Source of the DNA: a virus
Virus record (IMG/VR): IMGVR_UViG_3300033149_006612
Coordinates: 1-64,000 of that record
DNA: 64,000 bases
Direction: 5' to 3' (one strand)
The notes under the pieces are model-generated. The model was not told where the DNA came from, did no database searches, and saw nothing but the letters and a program-made list of their open reading frames with translations. Positions 51,642-61,489 of this stretch are shown piece after piece; the stretch's first letter is position 1, and every line of letters begins with the position of its first letter. The position numbers were made by a program, and so were the translations under genes.

Positions 51642-54458
51642 TCATCCTGATCGGCCCAAGCTAACCCCGGTCCCTTCAGAGGATTTACTCACCTCTCCAG
51701 ACTGTTCTTCCGCTTCGTAATTCAAGTCTCCATGTATTAACACCTGCGTGTTGGGATCCATCTCGAACGGTTCAGTGGGTGGCGTGAAGTTAGACGTATA
51801 ACGAGCATTACTGCTTATCCTTATCTCATCAAAACTACCTACTCCCGGAGATCCGCTCACAATCCCTCTAGCCCAAAACGTCTGCGACTTTTGAGGTAGA
51901 TCCACTGAATTCGTTGAGGTAGAGCCGACTTGATTTCCATTAACAAACATACGGGTCGATCCACCGCTTCTACATACCGCCAGGTGATACCAGGTATCGG
52001 TTGCCGGAGTCCAGTTAACCTCTATCAACCAATTGTACGAACCTTCATACCGCCCGACCCTGAGAACCGGACTCGCCCCCGATCTATCGAAGAACCAGTG
52101 CCACCTGCTTGACGTAGAATTCGCATGGGTGAAAATCGGAAACTTATTGATGCCTGCAGCCAGACCGCTGAACGACGTCGGCGTCTTCCACCAGCACTCC
52201 CATGTGAAATCCCCGGTGCCGGGTGCAGTATAACTGTCTATTTCGAGACCGGCAGTAGACGGCGGTGCCTCGCTTCCCCTCGTCCAAAACAGAGCGCCCG
52301 ATCCAAATTTTTCTTCGAGTCCGTCATGGTCCGTCGCCCTCACACGCTGATTAAGAGTCACCGTATACGGAGACCCTCCGTTTTGAACCTCATCGGTAAC
52401 TGTACTTCCATCTCCGTGTATCAAACTCAACGTATCTTCGTCGACGGTAAATGCAGCATCAGGCGGTGTAAACTCTGACGTATACCTGGCTACGTTGCTG
52501 ATTCTTATCTCATCGAATTCACCTACAAGAGCGTCGATCTGTGTCCCATCCGATAGGTTTCCCTCCCTGCCGAACCACATCGTGTTGTAATCCGCCAGGG
52601 ATATGGAGTTCGTTGCCGTCCCCTTCGACACACCGTCTACAAAAAACTCCCACGCGTTGCCGTTCCTAACCAGCGCTATGTGATACCAGGTATTATCTTC
52701 CGGCTGCCATGCCTTGTTGATGACGTTCGTCCAGTTCCCAGAACTCACCTCTACACGGAAGTCAAGAGCCGGTCCATCGTGTGCCGGTCCCCGCCACGCC
52801 ATTATCCATCTGTGATCGTTGTCGGTATGGTAACTGAGGAACGTTTGGATCTTCTTCGAATCCATATCGTTACCGGTCTTCCACCAGAACTCTACCGTGA
52901 AATCGCCGGTTCCGAGCGCAAATCCGGGCCTGTCCTGCAGAGTCAGATATCCGTCGTCACTTGCCGATCCGGTATATTGGTCTCCATAAAAATGTATCGC
53001 ACCCGTCCCAAACTTTTTCGTCGTCAATGCCTGTATCTTCGTCGGTGTCAACGTTACGGCAGTCCCGCCCTCAATGGCCTCCGACTTCCGGGCATTTACG
53101 CTGCTCTCCGTCACCTTGTCTTCAGCATCAATCTCCTCGTCGCCCGTAAGTACAAAGTCTCCGATCTGAACGCCTTTCGAAGATACGGTCGGCTGCGTCT
53201 GGTCACCGACCTCCATGACGATTTCAAGACTCGGGGTAAACAGATTGTCCCCATCGGTTATCTCGACGGCATAACGACGCCCGTCCTCCATAGGCGTCGT
53301 CCCGTTCAATGCTGACGACAGCTGCACGTCACCACGGTTCTCCGATCCGACGGCAGGTGTAACCTCTGCAGTAGCCTTGAACCACACGTTCCCACCGGAA
53401 TCCATGTCATTCCAGCCGTTATCTACTCTAACGGCTACCTTGTATTTCCCGGTCCCGGCATTCTTATATCCGATGGAGCGGAGATACGCCACTTGATCTG
53501 CAGCTACCCCGTCTCCCCATCTGCTTGCCGTATATAGAAATCTCCCGTCAGTTACGTCAGGTTGCTCAACGGCAGGCGGTTGACGGAACGGAATCGGTAT
53601 CCTGACGCCTTCGACCAGCGAAAGCCGCATCCACAATCGCGCCGAGTACAGCGCCATATCGGCCGCCCCACCGTTCCAATACTTCACCTCGAACGATTCA
53701 CCGTCGGTGAAGTTTTCTGCATCATCGGCGAAGTCTGCCTGGAACGCCTGCACATCAGTCCCGGTATTCGTAGTGGGTCCTACTTCGCTGCCCGCAACCT
53801 TGCCCCCATTTGAATTGAACAATGCCGCCCGCGTCCCACCGGGATCCACATCACCGCCCAGATTACAATCCAGCGTCCATCCGTCAATGACGGCGTTCCC
53901 ATGCCAGAAATCCTTGTCCTTCTTCCATAGTACGAAGTTCCCCGCCGATACTTGGCTCGGCGATGTACTGCCGGGCGATGAAATCAGTTCGGGTGTCTGC
54001 CCCCAATCGGCCGTGTGATTCGATGGGGCACTGTAAAAATCCATCAGGTTGAACGGGATAGCAAGCTTCGTGGCATTCGTCAGCACCACCACAACAAAGC
54101 ACTGCAGGCACGGCCCGAGCACATCACCTTCGTCGGCTGGCATACTGAGATAATAGTTACGCGCCGTCACCATATCCAGCGACAGACCGGTCGCCCGCTG
54201 CCTCCCGTAACTGCGGTTACCGGCAGGTAGCGACACCGTGTCCTGCTGCGTTCCGTCATCCCTATATATCCTAATCGTGTGGCTGTTTTGAGCGGTCTTA
54301 TCGATCGAAAAAAACTCAAGCTCCATCGATATACTGTCCGCTTCAAACCAGCTCGGGTTGAAATGGAACATGTTCCGTTTAAACCGCTTCGTTGTGAGCG
54401 AGTCGGCCTTGAACGAACCATTCCCAACGGGTATGTAAACCTCGCAATTGACGCCCAT
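51642..54458 (-). CDS. Large tail/receptor-binding protein with LamG domains
   Basis: KFG.GA, GTGDFT.E.WWK, TWYH.A..R, DEIRIS..ARYTS.FTPP twice. Confidence 0.8.
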   Translation of the reverse strand: MGVNCEVYIPVGNGSFKADSLTTKRFKRNMFHFNPSWFEADSISMELEFFSIDKTAQNSHTIRIYRDDGTQQDTVSLPAGNRSYGRQRATGLSLDMVTARNYYLSMPADEGDVLGPCLQCFVVVVLTNATKLAIPFNLMDFYSAPSNHTADWGQTPELISSPGSTSPSQVSAGNFVLWKKDKDFWHGNAVIDGWTLDCNLGGDVDPGGTRAALFNSNGGKVAGSEVGPTTNTGTDVQAFQADFADDAENFTDGESFEVKYWNGGAADMALYSARLWMRLSLVEGVRIPIPFRQPPAVEQPDVTDGRFLYTASRWGDGVAADQVAYLRSIGYKNAGTGKYKVAVRVDNGWNDMDSGGNVWFKATAEVTPAVGSENRGDVQLSSALNGTTPMEDGRRYAVEITDGDNLFTPSLEIVMEVGDQTQPTVSSKGVQIGDFVLTGDEEIDAEDKVTESSVNARKSEAIEGGTAVTLTPTKIQALTTKKFGTGAIHFYGDQYTGSASDDGYLTLQDRPGFALGTGDFTVEFWWKTGNDMDSKKIQTFLSYHTDNDHRWIMAWRGPAHDGPALDFRVEVSSGNWTNVINKAWQPEDNTWYHIALVRNGNAWEFFVDGVSKGTATNSISLADYNTMWFGREGNLSDGTQIDALVGEFDEIRISNVARYTSEFTPPDAAFTVDEDTLSLIHGDGSTVTDEVQNGGSPYTVTLNQRVRATDHDGLEEKFGSGALFWTRGSEAPPSTAGLEIDSYTAPGTGDFTWECWWKTPTSFSGLAAGINKFPIFTHANSTSSRWHWFFDRSGASPVLRVGRYEGSYNWLIEVNWTPATDTWYHLAVCRSGGSTRMFVNGNQVGSTSTNSVDLPQKSQTFWARGIVSGSPGVGSFDEIRISSNARYTSNFTPPTEPFEMDPNTQVLIHGDLNYEAEEQSGEVSKSSEGTGVSLGRSG

Positions 54459-54468
54459 TGCCGCGACC

Positions 54469-54774
54469 TCATTTCACAGGATGGATATACAGGGATCCGT
54501 CATCCTCTCCGGTATCCTTAATCGCAGCAATCCGTGCCCCCTTACTGACCGGGAATCTGTAAGTCGCATTCGCCACCATGAAATAGCTAGTGCCGACTAC
54601 CGCTGTAGGAGTACCGGTACTGGCGATCCGGATCCATACATTGACGGTGGATACCAGATCCACAAATACGTCCTCCGCATCGGCAGCCAGGAGTTCGGTG
54701 TTAGCCGAAGTTCCGGTTACCGACAAAACCTTCCCGGTCAAATCCTCCGGGGTCTTGAAGCCTTTCTCAATCAT
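54469..54774 (-). CDS. Small virion-associated protein
   Basis: Beta-rich 101 aa in the tail cluster. Confidence 0.6.
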   Translation of the reverse strand: MIEKGFKTPEDLTGKVLSVTGTSANTELLAADAEDVFVDLVSTVNVWIRIASTGTPTAVVGTSYFMVANATYRFPVSKGARIAAIKDTGEDDGSLYIHPVK

Positions 54775-54775
54775 C

Positions 54776-55801
54776 CTACAACCTCTCTAAGAGTAGATTC
54801 ATGTTATAAACGGTCAGATTCTGTACAGGTCCCGAAGCGTCTTGGACCTGCAACGTCAGTATATCGCCGGAGTCCAGGTCAACGAAGCTGACGTGGGTGG
54901 CGACTCCGGTGTCGGAACTGCCCGTAGTCCTCCGCATCCGGGTCTTATAGGCCGGTGCCGCCCCGTTGATGCTCAACCCAAATATATAATCGCCACCGGA
55001 ACCGCCGGAAAAGCTGACATGATAAGTTAAGCGGTAATTGCCGCCTACCTCTACTAACAGCGAATAGTTGCCGGATTTCTGCATACCGGCAGTCGGACCC
55101 AACGACAGCTGACCGCCGTTGCCGGTGATGTCGGTCCAGACACCGGCACCGGAGGGAGACACCGTAAAGCTGCTGGAATCCTCATACAGCTCACCGTAGA
55201 CCTTATCGACGAGGGTACAACGGATGTTGTCATCCACGTCCACCACGGCCAGGAAGATGATCCGCCTTCCGGGATAGATGGTATCCGGCTCATTGTCAAA
55301 GATCCACTTAGACTCAAAGTCGATGCTGTGGGCACTGTCAGTACCGGCCACGCCCGTTACATCGATCATGAACATGACGCCCCGTGGCAGTACTGACGGA
55401 TCCTTCATCGTAATCGTATCGATCACGGCTATCCGGTGATAGAGGCCCTGCCCGAGATCTATGGTGAAATCGCCGGACTGGTTCCCCCAGTCCTTAAAGC
55501 CCTGTATCGGAGCGTCCACCAGACCGGCTCCGGCCTGTCTGGCTTTCCATACCTGGTCGGCATTGTCCCATCGCAACCTTGGTTTTTCCCCGGCTCCGTC
55601 GGCGGTCTGAGCCTCGATCGTTTTATCGCTGTCGGTGCCGTCCCCAAGATGGATGGTATCCTCATGATGTCCGGTTGATGGATCGTGGTCGACTTCATGC
55701 TGCTGCTTATTATACTCCGTGTTCTCGATCAGATCGTTGACGTCCTGATAGAATAGAGGATCCCCCAAAGTCTTATCCGTTATCGCGTTCCAATCTGCCA
55801 T
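54776..55801 (-). CDS. Tail fibre-like protein with a C1q/BclA-like C-terminus
   Basis: TIDL..G motif; G.Y.L.Y.VSF...L..GD.L.LQV. Confidence 0.6.
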   Translation of the reverse strand: MADWNAITDKTLGDPLFYQDVNDLIENTEYNKQQHEVDHDPSTGHHEDTIHLGDGTDSDKTIEAQTADGAGEKPRLRWDNADQVWKARQAGAGLVDAPIQGFKDWGNQSGDFTIDLGQGLYHRIAVIDTITMKDPSVLPRGVMFMIDVTGVAGTDSAHSIDFESKWIFDNEPDTIYPGRRIIFLAVVDVDDNIRCTLVDKVYGELYEDSSSFTVSPSGAGVWTDITGNGGQLSLGPTAGMQKSGNYSLLVEVGGNYRLTYHVSFSGGSGGDYIFGLSINGAAPAYKTRMRRTTGSSDTGVATHVSFVDLDSGDILTLQVQDASGPVQNLTVYNMNLLLERL

Positions 55802-55818
55802 GATAGTCTACCTCCGTT

Positions 55819-57540
55819 TTACGAGCAAAATGTATGAGGATCGGAACCGTCTCCGAACTTTCCGGTGATCTCATCGGCCAGATACCACCACGTTTCCTTT
55901 TCAGCATCGGTAGCAGACGGGTAGTCGGATGGCGGGTTATCCCGATCAGCCAAAACGTGGCATTCCACCAGATTGGTCCTGATCCCCGTGACGCTGTATT
56001 TCAGTTTGTCAAAGTCGAACTTGAGCCCGGAAATCCAGATCGGCTCTTCCGTCGGACCGGCTCGCTGGTAATGGGTCACATTGATGTACTCACCGATTTC
56101 CAGGTTCGACATCGTCTCCGGTGCCGGTACCTCAAATTCGACTATATCGGATACCGTCCTCCGTAGGAACAACCGCTTCTGCGCCACGTCCAACGCAGTA
56201 GTGGCGTCACCCACAAACCAGAAGAACGGTGAATCCTCGTACACCCGCCCCAGCACGGACAGGCCCTGGGCATCTTCAACCGACCCGAAACCGCGCCAGT
56301 TCTTCGCCAACCAGTCCCGGTCGTACTGGTAGCTTACCTTATTCTTAACGTTCCCCTGTTCGGCCTGGGAGAACGTGTTCATCAGGATTAGTTGGGTCTC
56401 GTCATACGTCTCCGGGTCCGCCGCGATCGCCTCAAAGATCTTGATGTCCAGCCTACCTCTGGTATTGACGAACATGAACATGTTGAATGAACTCAGGAAC
56501 CGTGCTACCACGTCCTCGATGCTGGTCAATTCCAGCACGGCCCCGTTACACAGCCAGCCCCGGCTAAGGACGAACTGATTGGCCGTGTTCCATGATGATT
56601 TTTCGAACTTGGAAAAGGTTATGCCCACATGATTGACCAGGAAATCGCGCAGGCATTCGATCGGGGAGGTCGCCAAGGCCCCCCCGGCTCCGCCGGACAG
56701 GGTAGCGCCCCTAACGTTGGCCGTAACCGTATCAAACCGGATGAAGGTGTGGTCTACCCCGTCCACCGTCGTGGTGTCGATGAAATAATCCGTATTAAGG
56801 ACCATCCCGAGGTCATCCTCCACGTGCTGTCCGTACAGGTAGACGTCGTCCACCGAGTGAACCGCGGTCTGTGCTACCAGGTGTCGATGTGCCACGGTAT
56901 CCACGTATGGGCAGGGAACCGCCCCTCCGGTCGCACTCAGGTTACCGTAGATGATCGGTTTGAAGGTCCACGGCTCCCGCTTCTCCGGCAGGTTCGGGAA
57001 CTGCTCCTCGGTAATGACCCCGGAGACGTCCCGGTTAAAGAGGTCATAGGTATAATCCCGGAGGGTAATGAGGAAGGACTGGTCCTCCATGATCCTGCCG
57101 GTGTACACCGTCCCCTCGAATATCTTCGAGAAATCGTTGGAGAAGGATCCGCCCTCCGGACCGATGTACAGGGTCCCGGTTCCACCCCGGATCGTGTCCG
57201 TCGTCTTCCAGGTCGTGAAGTGGCCGTCCGCGTTACTGAGCTTAATGCTGACGTTACCTACGATCGGCATGCCGGGCGGATTAGGAATCGATCTGACGCC
57301 TACACCGTATGAAAGGATTCGAGGGTCATACCACCTGGTAGGATGCTTGACGGCCACGCTGGAGTAATACCGGGTCTCGTTATTACTGGAGAGTTCCAGC
57401 AACAGCAGTTCCCCCTGCAGGCTCGGCAGTTCGTCGCTGGGACCCGGCCACCAGTTGATGTGCCAGTACGAGGGGTCACCGCTCCCTATCTGACCGGCAA
57501 ACCAACTGGCATCAAAATACCCCTCTCCGCCTTCAGGCAT
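55819..57540 (-). CDS. Tail tip/baseplate hub-like protein
   Basis: L.N.DG.F, IF.G.V, PIIYG motifs; tail-cluster context. Confidence 0.6.
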   Translation of the reverse strand: MPEGGEGYFDASWFAGQIGSGDPSYWHINWWPGPSDELPSLQGELLLLELSSNNETRYYSSVAVKHPTRWYDPRILSYGVGVRSIPNPPGMPIVGNVSIKLSNADGHFTTWKTTDTIRGGTGTLYIGPEGGSFSNDFSKIFEGTVYTGRIMEDQSFLITLRDYTYDLFNRDVSGVITEEQFPNLPEKREPWTFKPIIYGNLSATGGAVPCPYVDTVAHRHLVAQTAVHSVDDVYLYGQHVEDDLGMVLNTDYFIDTTTVDGVDHTFIRFDTVTANVRGATLSGGAGGALATSPIECLRDFLVNHVGITFSKFEKSSWNTANQFVLSRGWLCNGAVLELTSIEDVVARFLSSFNMFMFVNTRGRLDIKIFEAIAADPETYDETQLILMNTFSQAEQGNVKNKVSYQYDRDWLAKNWRGFGSVEDAQGLSVLGRVYEDSPFFWFVGDATTALDVAQKRLFLRRTVSDIVEFEVPAPETMSNLEIGEYINVTHYQRAGPTEEPIWISGLKFDFDKLKYSVTGIRTNLVECHVLADRDNPPSDYPSATDAEKETWWYLADEITGKFGDGSDPHTFCS

Positions 57541-57560
57541 CTTATCTCATCCCTCTCATA

Positions 57561-57572
57561 TATCGTCCTGCG
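57561..57572 (-). promoter_or_regulatory. 12-bp motif CGCAGGACGATA upstream of the tail hub gene
   Basis: Identical to 7590-7601, same spacing to the ATG, and lies just downstream of a terminator. Confidence 0.45.
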
Positions 57573-57625
57573 TCTCCTCTACGCAGAAAGGCCATGGTGG
57601 TTATATATATATAGCCACCCCACAT

Positions 57626-57655
57626 CAAAAGCCGAGGAAGATACCTTCCTCGGCT
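57626..57655 (-). terminator. Intrinsic terminator
   Basis: AGCCGAGGAAG/CTTCCTCGGCT stem ending in a TTTT run on the minus strand. Confidence 0.7.
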
Positions 57656-58235
57656 AAGATGAAGGTGACAGCGTTATGGCCGTCCTCTCATCGAACGCGT
57701 TTACAACACCGATGATGCGGACCGCGTTTCCGTTCGGGGTCTTAAAAGTCGATCCCTGATCCGTGGTTACCCCGGCCAAGGCTGCCAGGATGATCGACTC
57801 GGCCTGCTGCCGGGTGATGCTCCCCTCCGATTCGATCACCGAATCGTCCACTCCCGCCGTCACCAGTGAGACGAACGCGTCATCCGTGATGTTCCGGTTT
57901 CGGGCGTGCTGCCCGTCACTGTTACCGTAGAAGGTTATGTTTATCTGTTGATCCTCCCACGCCTTGGGATCGGTCTGGTCTATGATCAGGACGGTTAACC
58001 TCTTACATTGAGTCTCGGCATCGGTGAGCACCAATCGAAACGTCCCCTTCTCCACATGGGACGGTAAATTTGTCGCATCCCCGGTCGTGGGACCCCCGGT
58101 CTCATTCGTATATTTATGCAGGCGGACGTCCCCCGTGACGAATGAAGGAGGGTCATCGTTAAAATTCATCTCACCCGTCCGGAGGAGGGGGAATTCAACC
58201 TGCGTGCTCACTCCATATTGACGTTCAAACTCCAT
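57654..58235 (-). CDS. Virion structural hypothetical protein
   Basis: L.LT.AE...K...V.I.DQT..K.W.DQ motif; tail context. Confidence 0.6.
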   Translation of the reverse strand: MEFERQYGVSTQVEFPLLRTGEMNFNDDPPSFVTGDVRLHKYTNETGGPTTGDATNLPSHVEKGTFRLVLTDAETQCKRLTVLIIDQTDPKAWEDQQINITFYGNSDGQHARNRNITDDAFVSLVTAGVDDSVIESEGSITRQQAESIILAALAGVTTDQGSTFKTPNGNAVRIIGVVNAFDERTAITLSPSS

Positions 58236-58247
58236 ACCTTACATCTC

Positions 58248-59393
58248 CTAAAAGCCACGGCTTATACCCCGGTTGCCCCCCCTGAATATCCCACGCTCCC
58301 TAACCCCGACACCGGTCGGTATCTCGATCAGTACTTCGACCGGCAGCTGGGTCAATCTCGCCGGGTTTACATTTGAATTAAGCACCGCTTCTAGCGCCAC
58401 CTGCGTCACCCGGACCTGTGCATCCGTCGGGGTAACCAGGACCTCGGCCCCGGCCTGGGTCACCTGCGCCTCGTCGTCGAGCGAATCGGTGCCGAAGCAG
58501 AAATAATGATAGGTGTCCCCGCTTCGATTTACATTCGAGCTGTTCCCCAGCGAAAAGCCGGTGGCGGAAAGCGTGATGCCGTTACTGAATCCGCTACCGG
58601 TCTCCACCGTCCTTCCCTGGGTGGTTGAGGTACCCGATTGATAGGTGTCGTAGTAGGACATCTCGACCCGGTCCCGGAAAGAGAAGCTGCCACCTATGGT
58701 CGAATTCCCCTTAATGAAAACCATCATCGGGGCAAATCCGACGTCGACGCTCTGACTCGATCCGTTCCCGGTATAGCTGCCCTCCGCGAAGTTCCCGGTA
58801 AAGGTATCCAATATACCCCAGTAATAATAGGTCTGATCGATCTGATTGACGTTGTTCGCGTTTCCTATCTGGAACCCGTTCGTGATGAAGGCCTGGATGT
58901 GGTTGGCAGCCAGGCCGGAACTCATGTCGTAATAAGAATTGTCACCGGCAATCGTGGCGATCCTCCAGACGCATTCATAACTGGAACTGGCCGGTATGAT
59001 CATCAGCATTTGAGGGTCGGACGACAGCCCGACGATGTTCCGGTTGTCCGTGCCGTCCCCGACATAACTACCGGTGAAAAAATCCGTCCCCCACATCGCA
59101 CACCAACCGTAGGCAGACGGAATCGATTGTGCAGAGGTTATAGTGGGTGCGGCGTTAAAGTTATCGCTGTCCCCGATGGTGAAGCCCTGGCTGTCCAGGC
59201 TGATGATACGGTCCGCCCCGCCGAGCCTGGCGTCGTAGTAATGGGTGTCAAGCAGCATCTCGGGAGTTTTGACGGCCAGACCCCGGCCTGAAAACCAGTA
59301 ATGCAGGATAACCGGTTGGCCCCCGATCCTCCTGATCTGCTTCGTGGCCGATCCGTCCCCGAGATGGACGCCGTTAACGCAGTATAGGCTCAT
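58248..59393 (-). CDS. Tail-associated protein with GSY.G.G repeats
   Basis: Three repeated (Y/L).GDG/GNG...GF.IG...N...Y modules. Confidence 0.65.
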   Translation of the reverse strand: MSLYCVNGVHLGDGSATKQIRRIGGQPVILHYWFSGRGLAVKTPEMLLDTHYYDARLGGADRIISLDSQGFTIGDSDNFNAAPTITSAQSIPSAYGWCAMWGTDFFTGSYVGDGTDNRNIVGLSSDPQMLMIIPASSSYECVWRIATIAGDNSYYDMSSGLAANHIQAFITNGFQIGNANNVNQIDQTYYYWGILDTFTGNFAEGSYTGNGSSQSVDVGFAPMMVFIKGNSTIGGSFSFRDRVEMSYYDTYQSGTSTTQGRTVETGSGFSNGITLSATGFSLGNSSNVNRSGDTYHYFCFGTDSLDDEAQVTQAGAEVLVTPTDAQVRVTQVALEAVLNSNVNPARLTQLPVEVLIEIPTGVGVRERGIFRGGNRGISRGF

Positions 59394-60433
59394 ATCCTGA
59401 CCTCACACCCGAATTCACAATTGTTCACCTTATCTATAGTCCAGGCCGCCGAATTCGGATCTACGTCTTCGAACAGCTGGTCGTACATCCAATCGGCATT
59501 AATCGCCTTAACGTCCGTGGTCTGGCCTTCCCCGGAGTATGGACCGGTCAGGACCGCGTATCCCCCCAACTTCCGGACCCCTGGGTGCTCCTTCATCCCC
59601 CTTATATTCCAAGCTACGGTATGTACATCCCCCACCGTGCTGACCAGATCGGCATATGTATATGTATCCTTGTTACCCACGGCCGTGGTATGGACGTAGC
59701 TCGTGGCGTCGTCCGGGTCTGCCTCATCGACGGCCTGATAATTGCTGGCCGCCCCGGAGACCGACCAGGTCGTGTAGGTCCCGGTTCCGATCGGAAGGAT
59801 CGATTCCACCCGGCAGTTACCCTTCGGCGTGTTACCGTCCAGGATGTAGACGTCATCCCAGTGAAAATTGACTCCAACCGTACCGCCGAAGCCCTCGAAG
59901 CTACCCAGTATACTCATGTCGATGAAGGCGTTGGCCGAATTCTGGGTATCCTGCCCGGTTAGATTAAACTCCTGGACCCTGTTGCCAGCGCTGTCGGTCA
60001 GCCACATGTTGAACACACCGGCCGTGTTGTCGATGGTGACCGCAATCTCTATGTAGTACCATTCGTTAGCGTTTATCACCGAACTGGTACCCAGCAGGAT
60101 CCCGCCGTGCCTATATGCCCTCAACGATCGATCGGTATGGATGGTTAGGTATACCTGCCGGGTATAGTTCTCCCGGCATTCCCAGATCGTCCTAGCCGCG
60201 GACGGGGTCCCGGTGACCTCAAATCCGAATCCGACTACATGTGTAGTCAGCTGGGGAAGCGCAACTCCGGCCCCCTGGTTTTCCCGACTGTCGGAATAAA
60301 GATGCTGATTGCCGGTCCTCGGGTTCGTGGTCCTGATCTCAAAGGTGTTGCTGAACACCCTCTCCACCCGGTCATACTTATCCGTGATTTCGCTGTAATG
60401 ATCGAAGCTGTCGATAAACTTGAAATCAGACAT
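59390..60433 (-). CDS. Virion protein, paralogue 3 of a tandem triplet
   Basis: DSFDHY, W.YIE, DDVYI, NY..VDE, DP...AWT....N..EFG. Confidence 0.65.
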   Translation of the reverse strand: MSDFKFIDSFDHYSEITDKYDRVERVFSNTFEIRTTNPRTGNQHLYSDSRENQGAGVALPQLTTHVVGFGFEVTGTPSAARTIWECRENYTRQVYLTIHTDRSLRAYRHGGILLGTSSVINANEWYYIEIAVTIDNTAGVFNMWLTDSAGNRVQEFNLTGQDTQNSANAFIDMSILGSFEGFGGTVGVNFHWDDVYILDGNTPKGNCRVESILPIGTGTYTTWSVSGAASNYQAVDEADPDDATSYVHTTAVGNKDTYTYADLVSTVGDVHTVAWNIRGMKEHPGVRKLGGYAVLTGPYSGEGQTTDVKAINADWMYDQLFEDVDPNSAAWTIDKVNNCEFGCEVRI

Positions 60434-60442
60434 ATCTAAAGT

Positions 60443-61489
60443 CTAGGCCGTCAGGATGTATCCGGCCTCCATCGCGTTAACCCCGGCTACGGTCCACGCC
60501 GTCGCCGTGTCGGGATCGGTCTCCCAGATATGCCAGTAATGCTTATAATACGGATCCAGGTTCTCATCGTTGCCGGATGCCTCGGCAGTACCGGATCTTA
60601 TCCTTAAAGCGATGGTCCTCGTGGCGTCCAACGCGTTCCTATCCCGAGCCCAGATCCAAGGTTTAACCGCGTGTACCGTCCCGGCCGTGGTAGACAGGTT
60701 CTGTTGGGCAAACGTATCCTGATCGGTAACCGTAGCTGAGTAATTGAACGTCCCATCCTGGTCTATCTGATCGGTCTCATCTACTTCGAGGTAATTCGAT
60801 CCCCCACCGATGCCGGTCCAATCGGCGTTCGTCCCGGCCCCGCTGGGTCTGATCGTCTCCACGAGCGGGTCACCCAGTTTAGTCCCTGCGCCGGTCATGA
60901 TATACAGATCGTCAATGCGCCACGGGTCCCAGTTGCTCTGTAGGGTCTGGGATCCACCTATATAGACGGTATCGACCCCGTCGAGAGAGGCATGAGCGTT
61001 AAAGTCGATGCCGGTTCGGTCAATCTTCTGTACCCCGTTGATCCAAACCTGAATCTCCCCGTTCGGCGACTCCCGGCAAACCGCCCTTAACTCTACATAA
61101 TTCCAAGTTCCGATCTTGAGCGCCCCGCCGGTAAACCGGTCCACCTCTCCGGCGGTCTGCCAGATCTGCAGGCCCCCTCCACGAATTAAGCGTAGTGAGA
61201 ATTGAAGGGTAGTATTCCGGTAGCATTGTGCCAGGATCTGTTCCTGGCCGGTCCCCGAACCGTCACGATCGTTCTCAAGCCAGACGGCGAACCCGAATAT
61301 GACCGTTTGATCCGCCGTGAAGGTATATTTATGGTACGCCCGGGAGTTCTCATGCCGTTTGGAATATCCGCCGAATCTGCCGGTGGCCCGGCGGAATTGA
61401 GCGACCGCGATACCGTCGGTGGTTAAGTTCTGGGCCTTGTGCCACCACCAGCTCGAAAAATCGTACCCCTCCATCGCTTCGAGCGCCAT
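60443..61489 (-). CDS. Virion protein, paralogue 2 of a tandem triplet
   Basis: EGYD, WNYVE, DDLYI, NY..VDE, DP.T..AWT..GVN..EAG. Confidence 0.65.
   Translation of the reverse strand: MALEAMEGYDFSSWWWHKAQNLTTDGIAVAQFRRATGRFGGYSKRHENSRAYHKYTFTADQTVIFGFAVWLENDRDGSGTGQEQILAQCYRNTTLQFSLRLIRGGGLQIWQTAGEVDRFTGGALKIGTWNYVELRAVCRESPNGEIQVWINGVQKIDRTGIDFNAHASLDGVDTVYIGGSQTLQSNWDPWRIDDLYIMTGAGTKLGDPLVETIRPSGAGTNADWTGIGGGSNYLEVDETDQIDQDGTFNYSATVTDQDTFAQQNLSTTAGTVHAVKPWIWARDRNALDATRTIALRIRSGTAEASGNDENLDPYYKHYWHIWETDPDTATAWTVAGVNAMEAGYILTA

Noticed and set aside
17611-59206. Other CTGATGA occurrences as further hammerheads
   Set aside because: Those noticed (e.g. near 17611, 22260, 24714, 31955, 44126) lie within coding regions and I saw no matching stems or GAAA core; a covariance scan would be needed to exclude them fully.
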